A stretch of DNA of 64,000 nucleotides from an uncultured virus (IMG/VR IMGVR_UViG_3300027826_000008) (taxonomy: Duplodnaviria > Heunggongvirae > Uroviricota > Caudoviricetes). Location: IMG/VR virus record IMGVR_UViG_3300027826_000008; one strand, written 5' to 3'. The translations under genes were made by a program, and so were the position numbers. Each line of letters starts with the position of its first letter. Positions within the stretch are counted from its first letter, which is position 1. The notes under the pieces were generated by a model. That model searched no databases. It saw only the letters and a program-made list of their open reading frames with translations, and was not told the origin of the DNA. This document shows positions 8,522-17,103 of this stretch, piece by piece.

Positions 8522-8767
8522 ATGGCAAAGACGGGATTCAACTGGGAACACCTCGTGATCGAAAACGGATACGGCGAGCAGCGCTTTCTGTGTCGTGGCG
8601 AATGGGCTGGGGACACGTACTTCTACTTCGACCCCAGTGGGCTCGCTTACGAGAAATACCCAACCATCGAGGGCTCACCCGAGACCTTCGAGCAACTCTC
8701 CTGTGGTGATCGCTGGACCCTGTGCGAAGGCTTCTTCCTGAACGAAGAGAAAGCGCAGGTGGTCTAG
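8522..8767 (+). CDS. Hypothetical protein
   Basis: GAGG SD and tight operon spacing. Confidence 0.65.
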   Translation: MAKTGFNWEHLVIENGYGEQRFLCRGEWAGDTYFYFDPSGLAYEKYPTIEGSPETFEQLSCGDRWTLCEGFFLNEEKAQVV

Positions 8768-8769
8768 CC

Positions 8770-9021
8770 ATGAGGACAGCGCGCGAAATCATTCACAACA
8801 CCTACGCGGGCCAGCCGGAATTGAAGCTCGCCGAGAGCAAGAGCGGCGCCTGCATCGGCGCGTGGGATGTCGACCAAGGCCGCTACGTGATGGTCGCAGG
8901 CAAAGCGCTGACCGGCGATTGGGTCACGATGCCGTACGAGTTGCTGCTTAACGGCAAGCCTCCTGTGGCCGCAGAGGATTGGATTCCCGTTCCCAATCCC
9001 GCGAACAAGGAGGTGGCGTGA
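8770..9021 (+). CDS. Hypothetical protein
   Basis: Tight operon spacing. Confidence 0.65.
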   Translation: MRTAREIIHNTYAGQPELKLAESKSGACIGAWDVDQGRYVMVAGKALTGDWVTMPYELLLNGKPPVAAEDWIPVPNPANKEVA

Positions 9022-9239
9022 TGACACCGAAACAACGCTTTGCTCAAGCCACCGCAAACCTAACCGAAGCCGCACAGCAGTTGCTGACCGCGTGGGAAGC
9101 GGTCGAGATGGAAACCGGCGAGACGCCCTCCGACGTTGCCGGTTATCCCTTCCTCCAGAGCTTCGACGAACAGCTGCTGAAGATCGCGGAATGGAATCAC
9201 GCGATTCAGAACTGGGCGCTGCCCACGGAGGGGAAATAG
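9021..9239 (+). CDS. Hypothetical protein
   Basis: AAGGAGG SD and TGATG overlap. Confidence 0.65.
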   Translation: MTPKQRFAQATANLTEAAQQLLTAWEAVEMETGETPSDVAGYPFLQSFDEQLLKIAEWNHAIQNWALPTEGK

Positions 9240-9241
9240 CC

Positions 9242-9754
9242 ATGGCCCCTCAGATCACCAAGGTCGAAGTCGATCACAACAGTCGCATCTCGGATTACTC
9301 GCTCTCCTGGGAACACAAGGGTGCGCGCTATCACGTGTGGCTCTCAGGAGACGGGCAGTTCGCGCTGCGCCCGACTCTCTATAAGAACCCTCCGATCACG
9401 GTTGAGCACCGCGGCCCGGGATGGTTCTCGACTCGCCGCCTCGATGTCAGCGTGACGAAAAACCACCTGATGATTCAGGAAGCTCTGCTCATCGCCAAGC
9501 AGTCCCATCTGTTCGAGGCCGCCGACGCAAAGCTCGACGCAATCGAGGCAGAACACGTACAGAAGGCTGTCGAAGCGACGCGGCTGGCGCGGATCAAGGA
9601 CAACGCACCGGAGTTGCTGGAAGCGCTGAAGGCTCTAACCGATCTTGACCCGCCGTGCCCATTTCCCCCGAGTGACGGTCGCTACAAAGAGTGGTTTGCG
9701 CTTTGGGAGCGAGTAGTCGCCGCCATCGCGAAAGCGGAAGGCAGGCAGTCATGA
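9242..9754 (+). CDS. Hypothetical phage protein
   Basis: C-terminal APELLEALKAL...AAIAKAEG motif typical of phage early proteins. Confidence 0.7.
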   Translation: MAPQITKVEVDHNSRISDYSLSWEHKGARYHVWLSGDGQFALRPTLYKNPPITVEHRGPGWFSTRRLDVSVTKNHLMIQEALLIAKQSHLFEAADAKLDAIEAEHVQKAVEATRLARIKDNAPELLEALKALTDLDPPCPFPPSDGRYKEWFALWERVVAAIAKAEGRQS

Positions 9755-10002
9755 CGCGCCTCTCCGAACGCAAAACAAAACTCTCATTCACCACTGACGC
9801 GGAGGTTCGCTACAAGGGCAAACTCCGCGCCGTCGTGGTGGAAGTCGAAAACGGCTTTCACGCAACCGTACGCCTGGCCGGCACTCGCCAGCGGTACCCA
9901 TTCAGCTGGCACGGCCTTTTTACTCACGCTGCTGATCTCTTCGCGCGCTCCGAGCGCGAACGCCGCAAGCAGGAACGGGCGGCGAGAAGGAGGGCGGCCT
10001 AA
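9751..10002 (+). CDS. Hypothetical basic phage protein
   Basis: ATGA overlap. Confidence 0.65.
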   Translation: MTRLSERKTKLSFTTDAEVRYKGKLRAVVVEVENGFHATVRLAGTRQRYPFSWHGLFTHAADLFARSERERRKQERAARRRAA

Positions 10003-10151
10003 TGACTCGCCTTCTTGCAGCGGCAATCGTGACTCTCGCAGTGATCGCGGCAGCTGCATTCGCGTGCATCGTGCACGACGACCTTCGCGATCTGAAAGCT
10101 TCGCGAGAACAGAGGGCTGCCGATCACGACCGGCAGCCAAGAATTTGGTGA
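10002..10151 (+). CDS. Small membrane-anchored protein
   Basis: Manual translation MTRLLAAAIVTLAVIAAAAFAC...; TAATG overlap. Confidence 0.5.
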   Translation: MTRLLAAAIVTLAVIAAAAFACIVHDDLRDLKASREQRAADHDRQPRIW

Positions 10152-10155
10152 TGCT

Positions 10156-10461
10156 ATGAAAACGCTACTCATCCTGCTCGCGCTCGCTGCCAACGGCACC
10201 GACGCTTACTACACCAACCGCAACATCAACAATCGTGGGTTCATGGAGCGCGATCCGATCGCGCGGCCGTTCACGCGCAACACCGCATGGTGCGCCGCGT
10301 CGAACGGCGTGAATATCGGCGCCGTCCTCTACGCCGCACACAAGTTACGCCGTCACGGGCAAGACCGCTGGGCCGATGCGCTGCTCGCAGCCGACATCTC
10401 CGGACACACGTACGGCGCCGCTGAAAGCGCAGTCCACTACGGCATCAAGGCCAAGGAGTAG
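10156..10461 (+). CDS. Membrane or secreted hypothetical protein
   Basis: Hydrophobic N-terminus; D.YYT...E.DP motif. Confidence 0.65.
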   Translation: MKTLLILLALAANGTDAYYTNRNINNRGFMERDPIARPFTRNTAWCAASNGVNIGAVLYAAHKLRRHGQDRWADALLAADISGHTYGAAESAVHYGIKAKE

Positions 10462-10464
10462 CCC

Positions 10465-10755
10465 ATGTTTCACGGAACGCTGATTACCGACCTGATCGCG
10501 GACGTTGACCGGGCGGAGGCAAAAGTCAGGAGGAGAAAACCTGTGAAGAACAACCTGCTCTATTTTCCCGAGTCCGATCGCATGGCGCAGATGGCAGAGA
10601 TGACGCCACCACGCCCGAGTTTTCTCCGCGCCCTCTGGCACGGATCGCTGAAGTACCTGCTGGCCGTCGTTGTCGGTTACGGCCTTGTGATTGCCCTCTG
10701 GCTGACCGTCTTGGTTCTGCGGCTGTTTGGGGCAAACGTTCGCAACCCGTTCTGA
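10465..10755 (+). CDS. Hypothetical membrane protein
   Basis: AAGGAG SD; C-terminal TM segment. Confidence 0.65.
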   Translation: MFHGTLITDLIADVDRAEAKVRRRKPVKNNLLYFPESDRMAQMAEMTPPRPSFLRALWHGSLKYLLAVVVGYGLVIALWLTVLVLRLFGANVRNPF

Positions 10756-10767
10756 AAGGAGCGCCGA

Positions 10768-11004
10768 ATGGATTTCGATACCCGGATGGAGAATCTCGTC
10801 GATGAAATGCGCCGGATGCACCTCACGCTCGACGAGGCCCTGGCGGAGTTTCAGAAGCGCTGGATCATGGTCTCGCTCGAGGAAAACGGCGGCAATCAAT
10901 GCAAGACCGCCAGGGAGCTTGGCGTGCACCGCAACACAATCCGCCGAACGATGGACCGGCTGGCGATCGATCCGTGGAACATGCGCCCGGGGAAGATCGC
11001 GTGA
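10768..11004 (+). CDS. Fis-family HTH DNA-binding protein
   Basis: LDEALAEFQKRWI..SLEENGGNQCKTARELGVHRNTIRR. Confidence 0.88.
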   Translation: MDFDTRMENLVDEMRRMHLTLDEALAEFQKRWIMVSLEENGGNQCKTARELGVHRNTIRRTMDRLAIDPWNMRPGKIA

Positions 11005-11264
11005 ATGACGCCATCCCGATTTCCGAAGCCTTTCTGTGTCAGGGCTGCCAGTGCGTCGTTCGCGTGTACCGCGGTCGCGCGTGTCCCGCCTGCGGAAGCA
11101 ACGCGCTGATGGGCGTGTGGACCGTGCTCCAGCCGTTCGAGGAGCAAGCCAAGCGCGTCGATCCCCCTGGCCTAGAGTGCTGCGTGGTCTCGCGGCGATC
11201 CACAAGAGTGCGCGATCTTGCACAGGCTCTAGCGATTTTAGAGGTTGACAACATTCTACCGTAG
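11001..11264 (+). CDS. Zn-ribbon protein
   Basis: CQGC...CPACGS; GTGA overlap. Confidence 0.6.
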   Translation: MNDAIPISEAFLCQGCQCVVRVYRGRACPACGSNALMGVWTVLQPFEEQAKRVDPPGLECCVVSRRSTRVRDLAQALAILEVDNILP

Positions 11265-11316
11265 AGGGTAGAGTCGAATCAGGAACAAAGGAAAGAATCA
11301 CGGGAATGGAGGCCCG
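11245..11316 (+). promoter_or_regulatory. Early promoter with operator and 5'UTR hairpin, copy 2
   Basis: TTGACA-18 bp-TAGAGT, CTACCGTAG, CGGG-AATGGAGG-CCCG. Confidence 0.8.
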
Positions 11317-11324
11317 TAATCGAT

Positions 11325-12575
11325 ATGGCTACCGCAGTGGCAACACCCACCAACACGCACCCGCAACTGAGCAATCCACCTCAAACCAAGCCCGCCACGA
11401 TCATCCCTCTCAAGGTCGGTGAATTCGGCGGACAGGGCTCCGGTAAATCTTCAACCGCTGCACTGATCGCAGCTGCGATCTCGGCGGAGTATTGCAACCG
11501 TGCTCCGGTGTTCGTATGCGATCCAGAGTTGGCGTGGTCTTTCCTGAGACGCCGGATCTTCGACGTGGAAGGAATTCCGCTGATCTCCAAGCCCTATCGC
11601 AGCTTCAAGCAGATGCACCAGAGCATCGCGGAAGCCGAGCGCGAGGGCGCCTGCGTCTGGATCGTCGATCCTCTCACCCTGCACTGGGGCGAACTGCTCG
11701 AAACCTACAAGAAGCGCCTGGGCTTCATTCCGATCGACGCATGGGGCGATATTCGCGACGTTTGGAACTCCTACATCAACGACTTCCTCAACACGAAGAT
11801 GACCTGCATAGCGGCGGGCCGCTTGGGGAACGACTTCGAGGAGCAGGAACAGACCACGGCGCGCGGTGACGTCAAGACGCAACTCGTCAAGGTCGGCACC
11901 AAGTTCAAAGCGGGCGGCGGCGAGTCGTTCGGTTACGAGCCGCACCTCCTGTTCGAGTTGTCTCTCGAACGGAAGCCCAAGAAGGTGCAGGGTCAGGAAC
12001 GCCAGGGTGAGGGTCGCATGGTTCACCGGGTCGACGTTCTGAAGGACCGCACCTGGGCATTGAACGGCGCGACGATCCGCTGGACCGATCGCCCGGGCTA
12101 CAAGAAGGGCGATTACAAGTACGTCCTGTCATCGCTCAAACCGCACTTCGAGGAAGTGCAGGCGGTTGGCGGGCATCAGGTTGTCGGAAGCGACACTTCC
12201 GAAACGCTGATCGCAACCGACAGCAACCGCTCCGAGTACTTCAAGAAGAAAGAGCGGAAGGAAGTGCTCTCTGCCGAACTGCACGCCTCCATGGAGTACC
12301 TGTGGGGCGGTACGGCGGTCGCAGCCAAGCAGATGCGCATGAAGGTGTTCGAGCACATCTACGGTTTCAAGACCAAGGAGGCTGCCGATGCCCAATCGCT
12401 CGACAAGATCGAGCGCGGCGTCCGCATCCTGCAGAAGTTCGAGCAACGCTGCAAGGCCGATCCGAAGCTCCTCAGCACGGACGAGTTGAACATACTCGCG
12501 CATCTCGACATTGACATTCGCGAGTACGACGAAGCCGTGGCGACCGGAGAGCCGGACCAAGACCTTCCTTTTTAA
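11325..12575 (+). CDS. AAA-family ATPase (Sak4/AAA_24-like recombination protein)
   Basis: Walker A GGQGSGKS, FVCDPE, WIVDPLT; acidic C-terminus ending DLPF. Confidence 0.75.
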   Translation: MATAVATPTNTHPQLSNPPQTKPATIIPLKVGEFGGQGSGKSSTAALIAAAISAEYCNRAPVFVCDPELAWSFLRRRIFDVEGIPLISKPYRSFKQMHQSIAEAEREGACVWIVDPLTLHWGELLETYKKRLGFIPIDAWGDIRDVWNSYINDFLNTKMTCIAAGRLGNDFEEQEQTTARGDVKTQLVKVGTKFKAGGGESFGYEPHLLFELSLERKPKKVQGQERQGEGRMVHRVDVLKDRTWALNGATIRWTDRPGYKKGDYKYVLSSLKPHFEEVQAVGGHQVVGSDTSETLIATDSNRSEYFKKKERKEVLSAELHASMEYLWGGTAVAAKQMRMKVFEHIYGFKTKEAADAQSLDKIERGVRILQKFEQRCKADPKLLSTDELNILAHLDIDIREYDEAVATGEPDQDLPF

Positions 12576-12614
12576 CCTCTCGGCCCGACCTCCATCGTTG
12601 AGGCCGAGCCAAGC

Positions 12615-12651
12615 GCGAGGGGAGTGCCGCTGGTGGCGCTCCCCTCGTTTG
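12615..12651 (+). terminator. Intrinsic terminator-like hairpin
   Basis: CGAGGGGAGTGCC...GGCGCTCCCCTCG followed by TTT. Confidence 0.55.
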
Positions 12652-12668
12652 GAATATCTGGACACCAA

Positions 12669-13367
12669 ATGCCACTTCAAGCAACGATGTGCAGGATCTG
12701 TCGGCACCCGCAATGCAGCGCAGTAGAAGGCTCTGACGTTTGCGCGTTCTGCGAAGATCAGGTTCCCTGCCCGGTCGTGAGGGGCATCCAAGTTCCGCCT
12801 CGTCCGCTCCCCCCACACAAGCCCGCAGCCGCACTCCCAGAAACACCGAAGCCTGGGGCGTCGACGCCCTCCCCTGAAGCACCGCGCAAGCGGAAGTCGA
12901 CACCCGAGCCGGTGAAGCCGTCTGACAAAGACCGCTTCTGCGCGTGCGGCTGCGGCACGAAGCTGAGCGAGTGGACGCAATGGGCGTACATCAAAGGCCA
13001 CAAGGTCGCCGCCATGCGCGGGAAGAAGCCGCCGACGACGCGCCACCAGCGCCTCCCGGCGTCACTCAAGCCGCGCGAGGGCGGCCTGCCGGCGTTGCGC
13101 ATGGAGACGCTATCCATTGACGAGTTCGAGCTTCGCTACTGCAAGCGCCGCTACAACGACCCGCGCGTCGCGGAGTTGTTAGACCTCATCAGCAAGGCGC
13201 CTCTGCCATTCACGGGCGAGATCCACGTGCCCGCCCACAAAAGCGTGAAGGGGTTGCGTGATGCACTCACGCGCCGCTTCAAGGACGAACAGAAATGGCG
13301 CGTTCGCGTGTACCAGAGCAAGGCGGACCCGCAGAAGCTCGGAGTGTTGAAGGAAGTCAGAGCTTAG
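12669..13367 (+). CDS. Hypothetical Cys-rich, possibly DNA-binding protein
   Basis: CRIC/CAFC motifs, Pro-rich linker, FCACGCG...YIKGH. Confidence 0.6.
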   Translation: MPLQATMCRICRHPQCSAVEGSDVCAFCEDQVPCPVVRGIQVPPRPLPPHKPAAALPETPKPGASTPSPEAPRKRKSTPEPVKPSDKDRFCACGCGTKLSEWTQWAYIKGHKVAAMRGKKPPTTRHQRLPASLKPREGGLPALRMETLSIDEFELRYCKRRYNDPRVAELLDLISKAPLPFTGEIHVPAHKSVKGLRDALTRRFKDEQKWRVRVYQSKADPQKLGVLKEVRA

Positions 13368-13376
13368 GAACCCGCT

Positions 13377-13574
13377 GTGAAAGGAGAGCCATTGGAACAA
13401 GACGGCCCAGTAAGTCTCAATATCGGAAACATCTGCGGCGGCGCCGTGCCGGAACTGTTCGAGCACGAAATCGCCAAGATGATGGAGAACATTGCCGACG
13501 TGAACACGGACCCCGAGGCGAAGCGCTCGCTCACCTTGGAGTGCAGTGCGGGCGATGCGGTTACGTTTTCCTGA
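13377..13574 (+). pseudogene. Apparently truncated phage 'replication terminator'-like protein
   Basis: GGAVPELFEHEIAKMMENIADVNTDPEAKRSLTL resembles the N-terminal half of a longer phage family; stops soon after. Confidence 0.45.
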
Positions 13575-13595
13575 TGGAGACACGGAGATAACCCC

Positions 13596-13784
13596 ATGGA
13601 TTTGAGCCAACTGACAGCCGACGAACGGATGGCGCTCTGCATTGCTACGGGCGTCGCGATCGAGATTAGCCCAGCCGATGACAAGGGCAATTTCATCATG
13701 CGAACCAAGAACCCGGTTTCGATCATCGAGCGCGGCGGCGAGATTGTCGTTGTCGAGAGAGTGCGGAGCGCGGAGGAGCTTTGA
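13596..13784 (+). CDS. Hypothetical protein
   Basis: GGAG SD; coupled to the next gene. Confidence 0.55.
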   Translation: MDLSQLTADERMALCIATGVAIEISPADDKGNFIMRTKNPVSIIERGGEIVVVERVRSAEEL

Positions 13785-14146
13785 AGTTGCTCGACCAAAT
13801 CGCGGACGACGTGGTGCAGTTCATCTCGACTCGCACCATGGTCACACACGGCACGCGCGAGGATCTGCGGCGCCTGGTGCGCGACAAGGTCGCTCCCCTC
13901 ATCCCGTCGTGGCAGGGTGCTCTGCGCTTCGAAGATGGAGAGGCGCTTGCCGCCCAGGCGGACGCCATCCTGAAACTGCTGAAGAAGCGCAAGTCTGCAG
14001 GCGCCTCCAACGCTGAGCTTTCCGCGATCAGTCTGAAGTACACCTCTCGAGTGAGCGACCTGCGCAAGCAGGGTTATCGCATCAGGTGTCAACGGGTCGG
14101 CGCCGGGCGCACGTTCCAATACTTCCTTTCACCGGAGATGTGGTGA
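13781..14146 (+). CDS. Winged-HTH protein
   Basis: ILKLLK...SNAELS.ISLKYTSRVSDLRKQGYRI...YFL. Confidence 0.7.
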   Translation: MKLLDQIADDVVQFISTRTMVTHGTREDLRRLVRDKVAPLIPSWQGALRFEDGEALAAQADAILKLLKKRKSAGASNAELSAISLKYTSRVSDLRKQGYRIRCQRVGAGRTFQYFLSPEMW

Positions 14147-14355
14147 TGATCGTACTTGTAATTCTGCTCCTCGTCTGCATTGTCTATGCCCGCGAGATTG
14201 TCCATGCGCTCGGCATCGCTCTGCTCTTGGTCCTGTACGCGGTCGTAACCAGCTTGCAATACGCCGCCCAGCATTGGGTTTGGACCTTGGCGATCGTCGT
14301 CAGTGTATTCGCAACCGCAGCCGTCGCCGTGCGCTTAGAGGACGGACGCTGGTAA
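14146..14355 (+). CDS. Small membrane protein
   Basis: Three hydrophobic stretches; coupled on both sides. Confidence 0.6.
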   Translation: MIVLVILLLVCIVYAREIVHALGIALLLVLYAVVTSLQYAAQHWVWTLAIVVSVFATAAVAVRLEDGRW

Positions 14356-14717
14356 TGGAGACCTGCACAATCACGGTGCCCTTTGTTCCGCCCAGCCTGA
14401 ATCACTACGTCATGCACACGCGCGGCGGACGGCACGTGCTCACGCCCGAGGCGAAGGCATTCAAGGCTGCCGTCGCGGTCTTCGCGCAGGACGCGCCGCG
14501 CTGGACCGGAAAGGATACGCGCTACCGCGTCGAGATCGACATCTGGCTGGGGCATAACCAGAAGGGTGACATCGACAACTTCCCCAAGCTGGTGCTCGAT
14601 GGCGTTCGCGATGCCGGCGTGATTCACACCGACGCCGCTGTGCGTCAGCTGACCGTGCGCCTCTGGCGAGATCCAGAGAAGCCGCGGACCCAGATCGCCA
14701 TATGGGCGGATCTGTGA
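14355..14717 (+). CDS. rusA: RusA-family Holliday junction resolvase
   Basis: PPSLNHY...DIDNFPKLVLDG...GVIHTD..V. Confidence 0.88.
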   Translation: METCTITVPFVPPSLNHYVMHTRGGRHVLTPEAKAFKAAVAVFAQDAPRWTGKDTRYRVEIDIWLGHNQKGDIDNFPKLVLDGVRDAGVIHTDAAVRQLTVRLWRDPEKPRTQIAIWADL

Positions 14718-14878
14718 GCGAGTTCCCTTACGTCTATCGCTGGAATCGCATGGGACGGAAGGGACAGCGTTGCAAAGTTTTGGTGCGTGGCTCGATGAAC
14801 TCGTGCCTGATCGAGTTCCCAGACGGCTTTCAGGCAGTGACGAGCCGTAACGCACTGAGGAAAGCAGGGGCGGAATGA
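14714..14878 (+). CDS. Small hypothetical phage protein
   Basis: Manual translation MSEFPYVYRWNRMGRKGQRCKVLVRGSMNSCLIEFPDG...TSRNALRK; 4-nt overlaps on both sides. Confidence 0.65.
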   Translation: MSEFPYVYRWNRMGRKGQRCKVLVRGSMNSCLIEFPDGFQAVTSRNALRKAGAE

Positions 14879-15129
14879 GGGGCGATTTTAAGGGCAAGGT
14901 AGAGGCCAATGTCGAGATGGAGCACAACTCCCTCGTCATCAACGATCGCAGTGTTTCGTTGCGAGCCTGCGCCGCGCTCTCCCCCTCCATGCTGGCGGTG
15001 CTCGAAGAGTTGGCCAAGCCGGAATCCCACGGCGGTGTGTTTCGCGTCGAGAAGCACGGTGCAGAGGTAAAACTCATTCGCATCGGCGTGATGGGTCATG
15101 CGGCCGGTGTGCTCAGGAGGCGTCTATGA
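14875..15129 (+). CDS. Hypothetical protein
   Basis: ATGA overlaps. Confidence 0.55.
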   Translation: MRGDFKGKVEANVEMEHNSLVINDRSVSLRACAALSPSMLAVLEELAKPESHGGVFRVEKHGAEVKLIRIGVMGHAAGVLRRRL

Positions 15130-15311
15130 CGTGCCACTTGTGCGGAGCGCCGGGACACAAGGCAGCCGACTGCGCCCTGAAGACTCTTCAGGCGCGCCAG
15201 GACCCCTACGGACTTCGGCAGCGACCCAAGCCACGGCCCGTCTCCGATCCCGCGCTACGGGACGCCAACGAAAACACGGTGTTCCTGACGCCGCAGAAAA
15301 GGCTGGTGTAA
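15126..15311 (+). CDS. CCHC zinc-knuckle protein
   Basis: CHLCGAPGHKAADC = CX2CX4HX4C; AGGAGG SD. Confidence 0.65.
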   Translation: MTCHLCGAPGHKAADCALKTLQARQDPYGLRQRPKPRPVSDPALRDANENTVFLTPQKRLV

Positions 15312-15788
15312 ATGCATAAGCTTCTCAATCGCCTGTTCGGCCCTCCCGAAGAAATAAACGGCGGCGAGCGCTGCCCGACCTATCTTTATCGTTGGGCGAT
15401 CTTCAAGTGGCGCCGCAGAGCGGCATACATTCACCACTTTGTCGGTGACGACTGGAGCCTCGACCTCCACGACCATCCCAAACGCTTCATCTCGATCGGG
15501 CTGTGGGGATGGTACCAAGAGGATGTTCCAGTCACGCCAGTTAACCGGACACGGTCCGGTGGCTCACCGCTAACGGAACGCCGCATTTACCAAGCGCCCT
15601 GGATTCGCTCTTTTCCAGCTACACACGTTCACCGGATCAGCGTTCCAAGCAAGAACTGTTGGACGCTCGTGATTGTCCTGAAGCCGGTACGCGACTGGGG
15701 ATTCTGGCACCTTGGCCGGTTCATTCCCTGGCGTGACTATGTGAAGGGTGAGGGCGGGATCGCGGACAAGATGAAGGCTTGCGACTGA
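15312..15788 (+). CDS. Cupin-fold (RmlC-like) phage protein
   Basis: YLYRW, IHHF..DD...LHDHP..F.S..L.G.Y.E, H.HRI, WTLV, WGFW. Confidence 0.75.
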   Translation: MHKLLNRLFGPPEEINGGERCPTYLYRWAIFKWRRRAAYIHHFVGDDWSLDLHDHPKRFISIGLWGWYQEDVPVTPVNRTRSGGSPLTERRIYQAPWIRSFPATHVHRISVPSKNCWTLVIVLKPVRDWGFWHLGRFIPWRDYVKGEGGIADKMKACD

Positions 15789-15949
15789 TGAGCCCGCAGC
15801 AAAAAATCACGACCGCCTTACTCGCTGCGAAGCTCGCGAAGGAAGTGCTGGAGCTTCTCACCATGCACGACCGGTTTACGGTGCGCCTCCAGTTCAAGCA
15901 AATCGTTATGGATCTTAGGGCGCTACAGGAGCACATCGACACACTATGA
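15788..15949 (+). CDS. Small hypothetical protein
   Basis: Manual translation MSPQQKITTALL...; coupled on both sides. Confidence 0.55.
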   Translation: MSPQQKITTALLAAKLAKEVLELLTMHDRFTVRLQFKQIVMDLRALQEHIDTL

Positions 15950-16401
15950 AACACCCGACATTGCGCGAGCAGTTACGCGAAGAGGCTGTAATCAAATGGA
16001 TCGACGGCTCGGATGAGCTTGAGGAATTTTGCGATTGGCTCATCTCCGAAACAGCGGCCCGATTTGGAGCAGCCCCAGCGGATCCGCCGAAACCGCCCAC
16101 GCCGCAGAGCGAACGCGCAGGGTTGGTGAGAAAGGCCTTTGCAGCTTGGCCGGGATGGAAACGTACCAAGGATCACCGGGGGGAATGGGGTCCGTTGGTG
16201 CCGACGTTTGAAGGTGGATTCAATGCAGGATTTGAAGCAGGCGAGGCACAAGCCCGCAGAGAAGGGTACGAGCAAGGAATTAAAGATGCAGCCGATGCAG
16301 TGGAGAAACTGAACGTGGGTAGTGCATCGCGCAGCCTCCAGCGTCACAAGAATCAGGCCGTAGCGATCATTCTAGGCTTGGCGTCGGAGCCGGGGAAATG
16401 A
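15946..16401 (+). CDS. Hypothetical cassette protein
   Basis: ATGA overlaps; ends with the shared junction motif. Confidence 0.6.
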   Translation: MKHPTLREQLREEAVIKWIDGSDELEEFCDWLISETAARFGAAPADPPKPPTPQSERAGLVRKAFAAWPGWKRTKDHRGEWGPLVPTFEGGFNAGFEAGEAQARREGYEQGIKDAADAVEKLNVGSASRSLQRHKNQAVAIILGLASEPGK

Positions 16402-16637
16402 ACATCGTTGACTGGAATGGCACCGCAGTTGATCTCGATTGGCCGTTTTCGCACGTACCTGAGCCAGAGCCGCTGTCCGACGATCCAGTAATGGCGCAGT
16501 TGCAGATTCTTCACCAGCAAAACTTGGACCGGGCACAGGCCGCGCTGAATCAGCAATTCGAGACTGGGCGCTGGTGGACGGGCGGATTCGCGGCCATGAG
16601 AAGGAAGCAGATCGACAAGCTATTGGAGGGAAAATGA
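16398..16637 (+). CDS. Hypothetical cassette protein
   Basis: ATGA overlaps. Confidence 0.55.
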   Translation: MNIVDWNGTAVDLDWPFSHVPEPEPLSDDPVMAQLQILHQQNLDRAQAALNQQFETGRWWTGGFAAMRRKQIDKLLEGK

Positions 16638-16816
16638 ACCCAGAAAACAGACTCGCTCGCCTAGAACGTCTCCTGCTCGAACTCGTTCGCACGCTTAATG
16701 GTCATACAGGCGGAGTAGACGACAAGGGTAACGCGGTGAACTATCAGAACGAAGTTCTGGCACGAATTGAGAAGGAGCTGGCCGGGGCAGCGCCCTCAAC
16801 GGAGCCAGGGAAATGA
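16634..16816 (+). CDS. Hypothetical cassette protein
   Basis: GGAGG SD; ends GAAPSTEPGK. Confidence 0.55.
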   Translation: MNPENRLARLERLLLELVRTLNGHTGGVDDKGNAVNYQNEVLARIEKELAGAAPSTEPGK

Positions 16817-17094
16817 GCAAGAAGGTCAAGTACGCAGAGCCGCAATCGTGCGCCAACTGTGGCGGAATCCACTATGGAAGCCCATCAGGATACTGCCCTT
16901 ACATCAAAGCCGCGTGTGTCGTGTGCGGAACCCTCACGATCTACGCCTGCTCAGATTGCGCGATTGACAACGGCGGGGAAAAGAGTGTTCATGTTTGCGA
17001 AAAAGTAGAGTGCCAGCGTAAGCACGAGAAACTTCACCCTGATCGCAAACCGCAAGACCTTGCGCCGGATCGCGGGGCAGCGCCCTCAACGGAG
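16783..17094 (+). repeat. 22-bp direct repeat at gene 3' ends (16783-16804 and 17073-17094)
   Basis: CGGGGCAGCGCCCTCAACGGAG occurs twice; partial copies at 16385-16401 and 17288-17306. Confidence 0.85.
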
Positions 17095-17103
17095 GAGAAG
17101 TGA
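16813..17103 (+). CDS. Cys-rich cassette protein
   Basis: CANC, CVVC, CSDC; ends GAAPSTEEK. Confidence 0.6.
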   Translation: MSKKVKYAEPQSCANCGGIHYGSPSGYCPYIKAACVVCGTLTIYACSDCAIDNGGEKSVHVCEKVECQRKHEKLHPDRKPQDLAPDRGAAPSTEEK

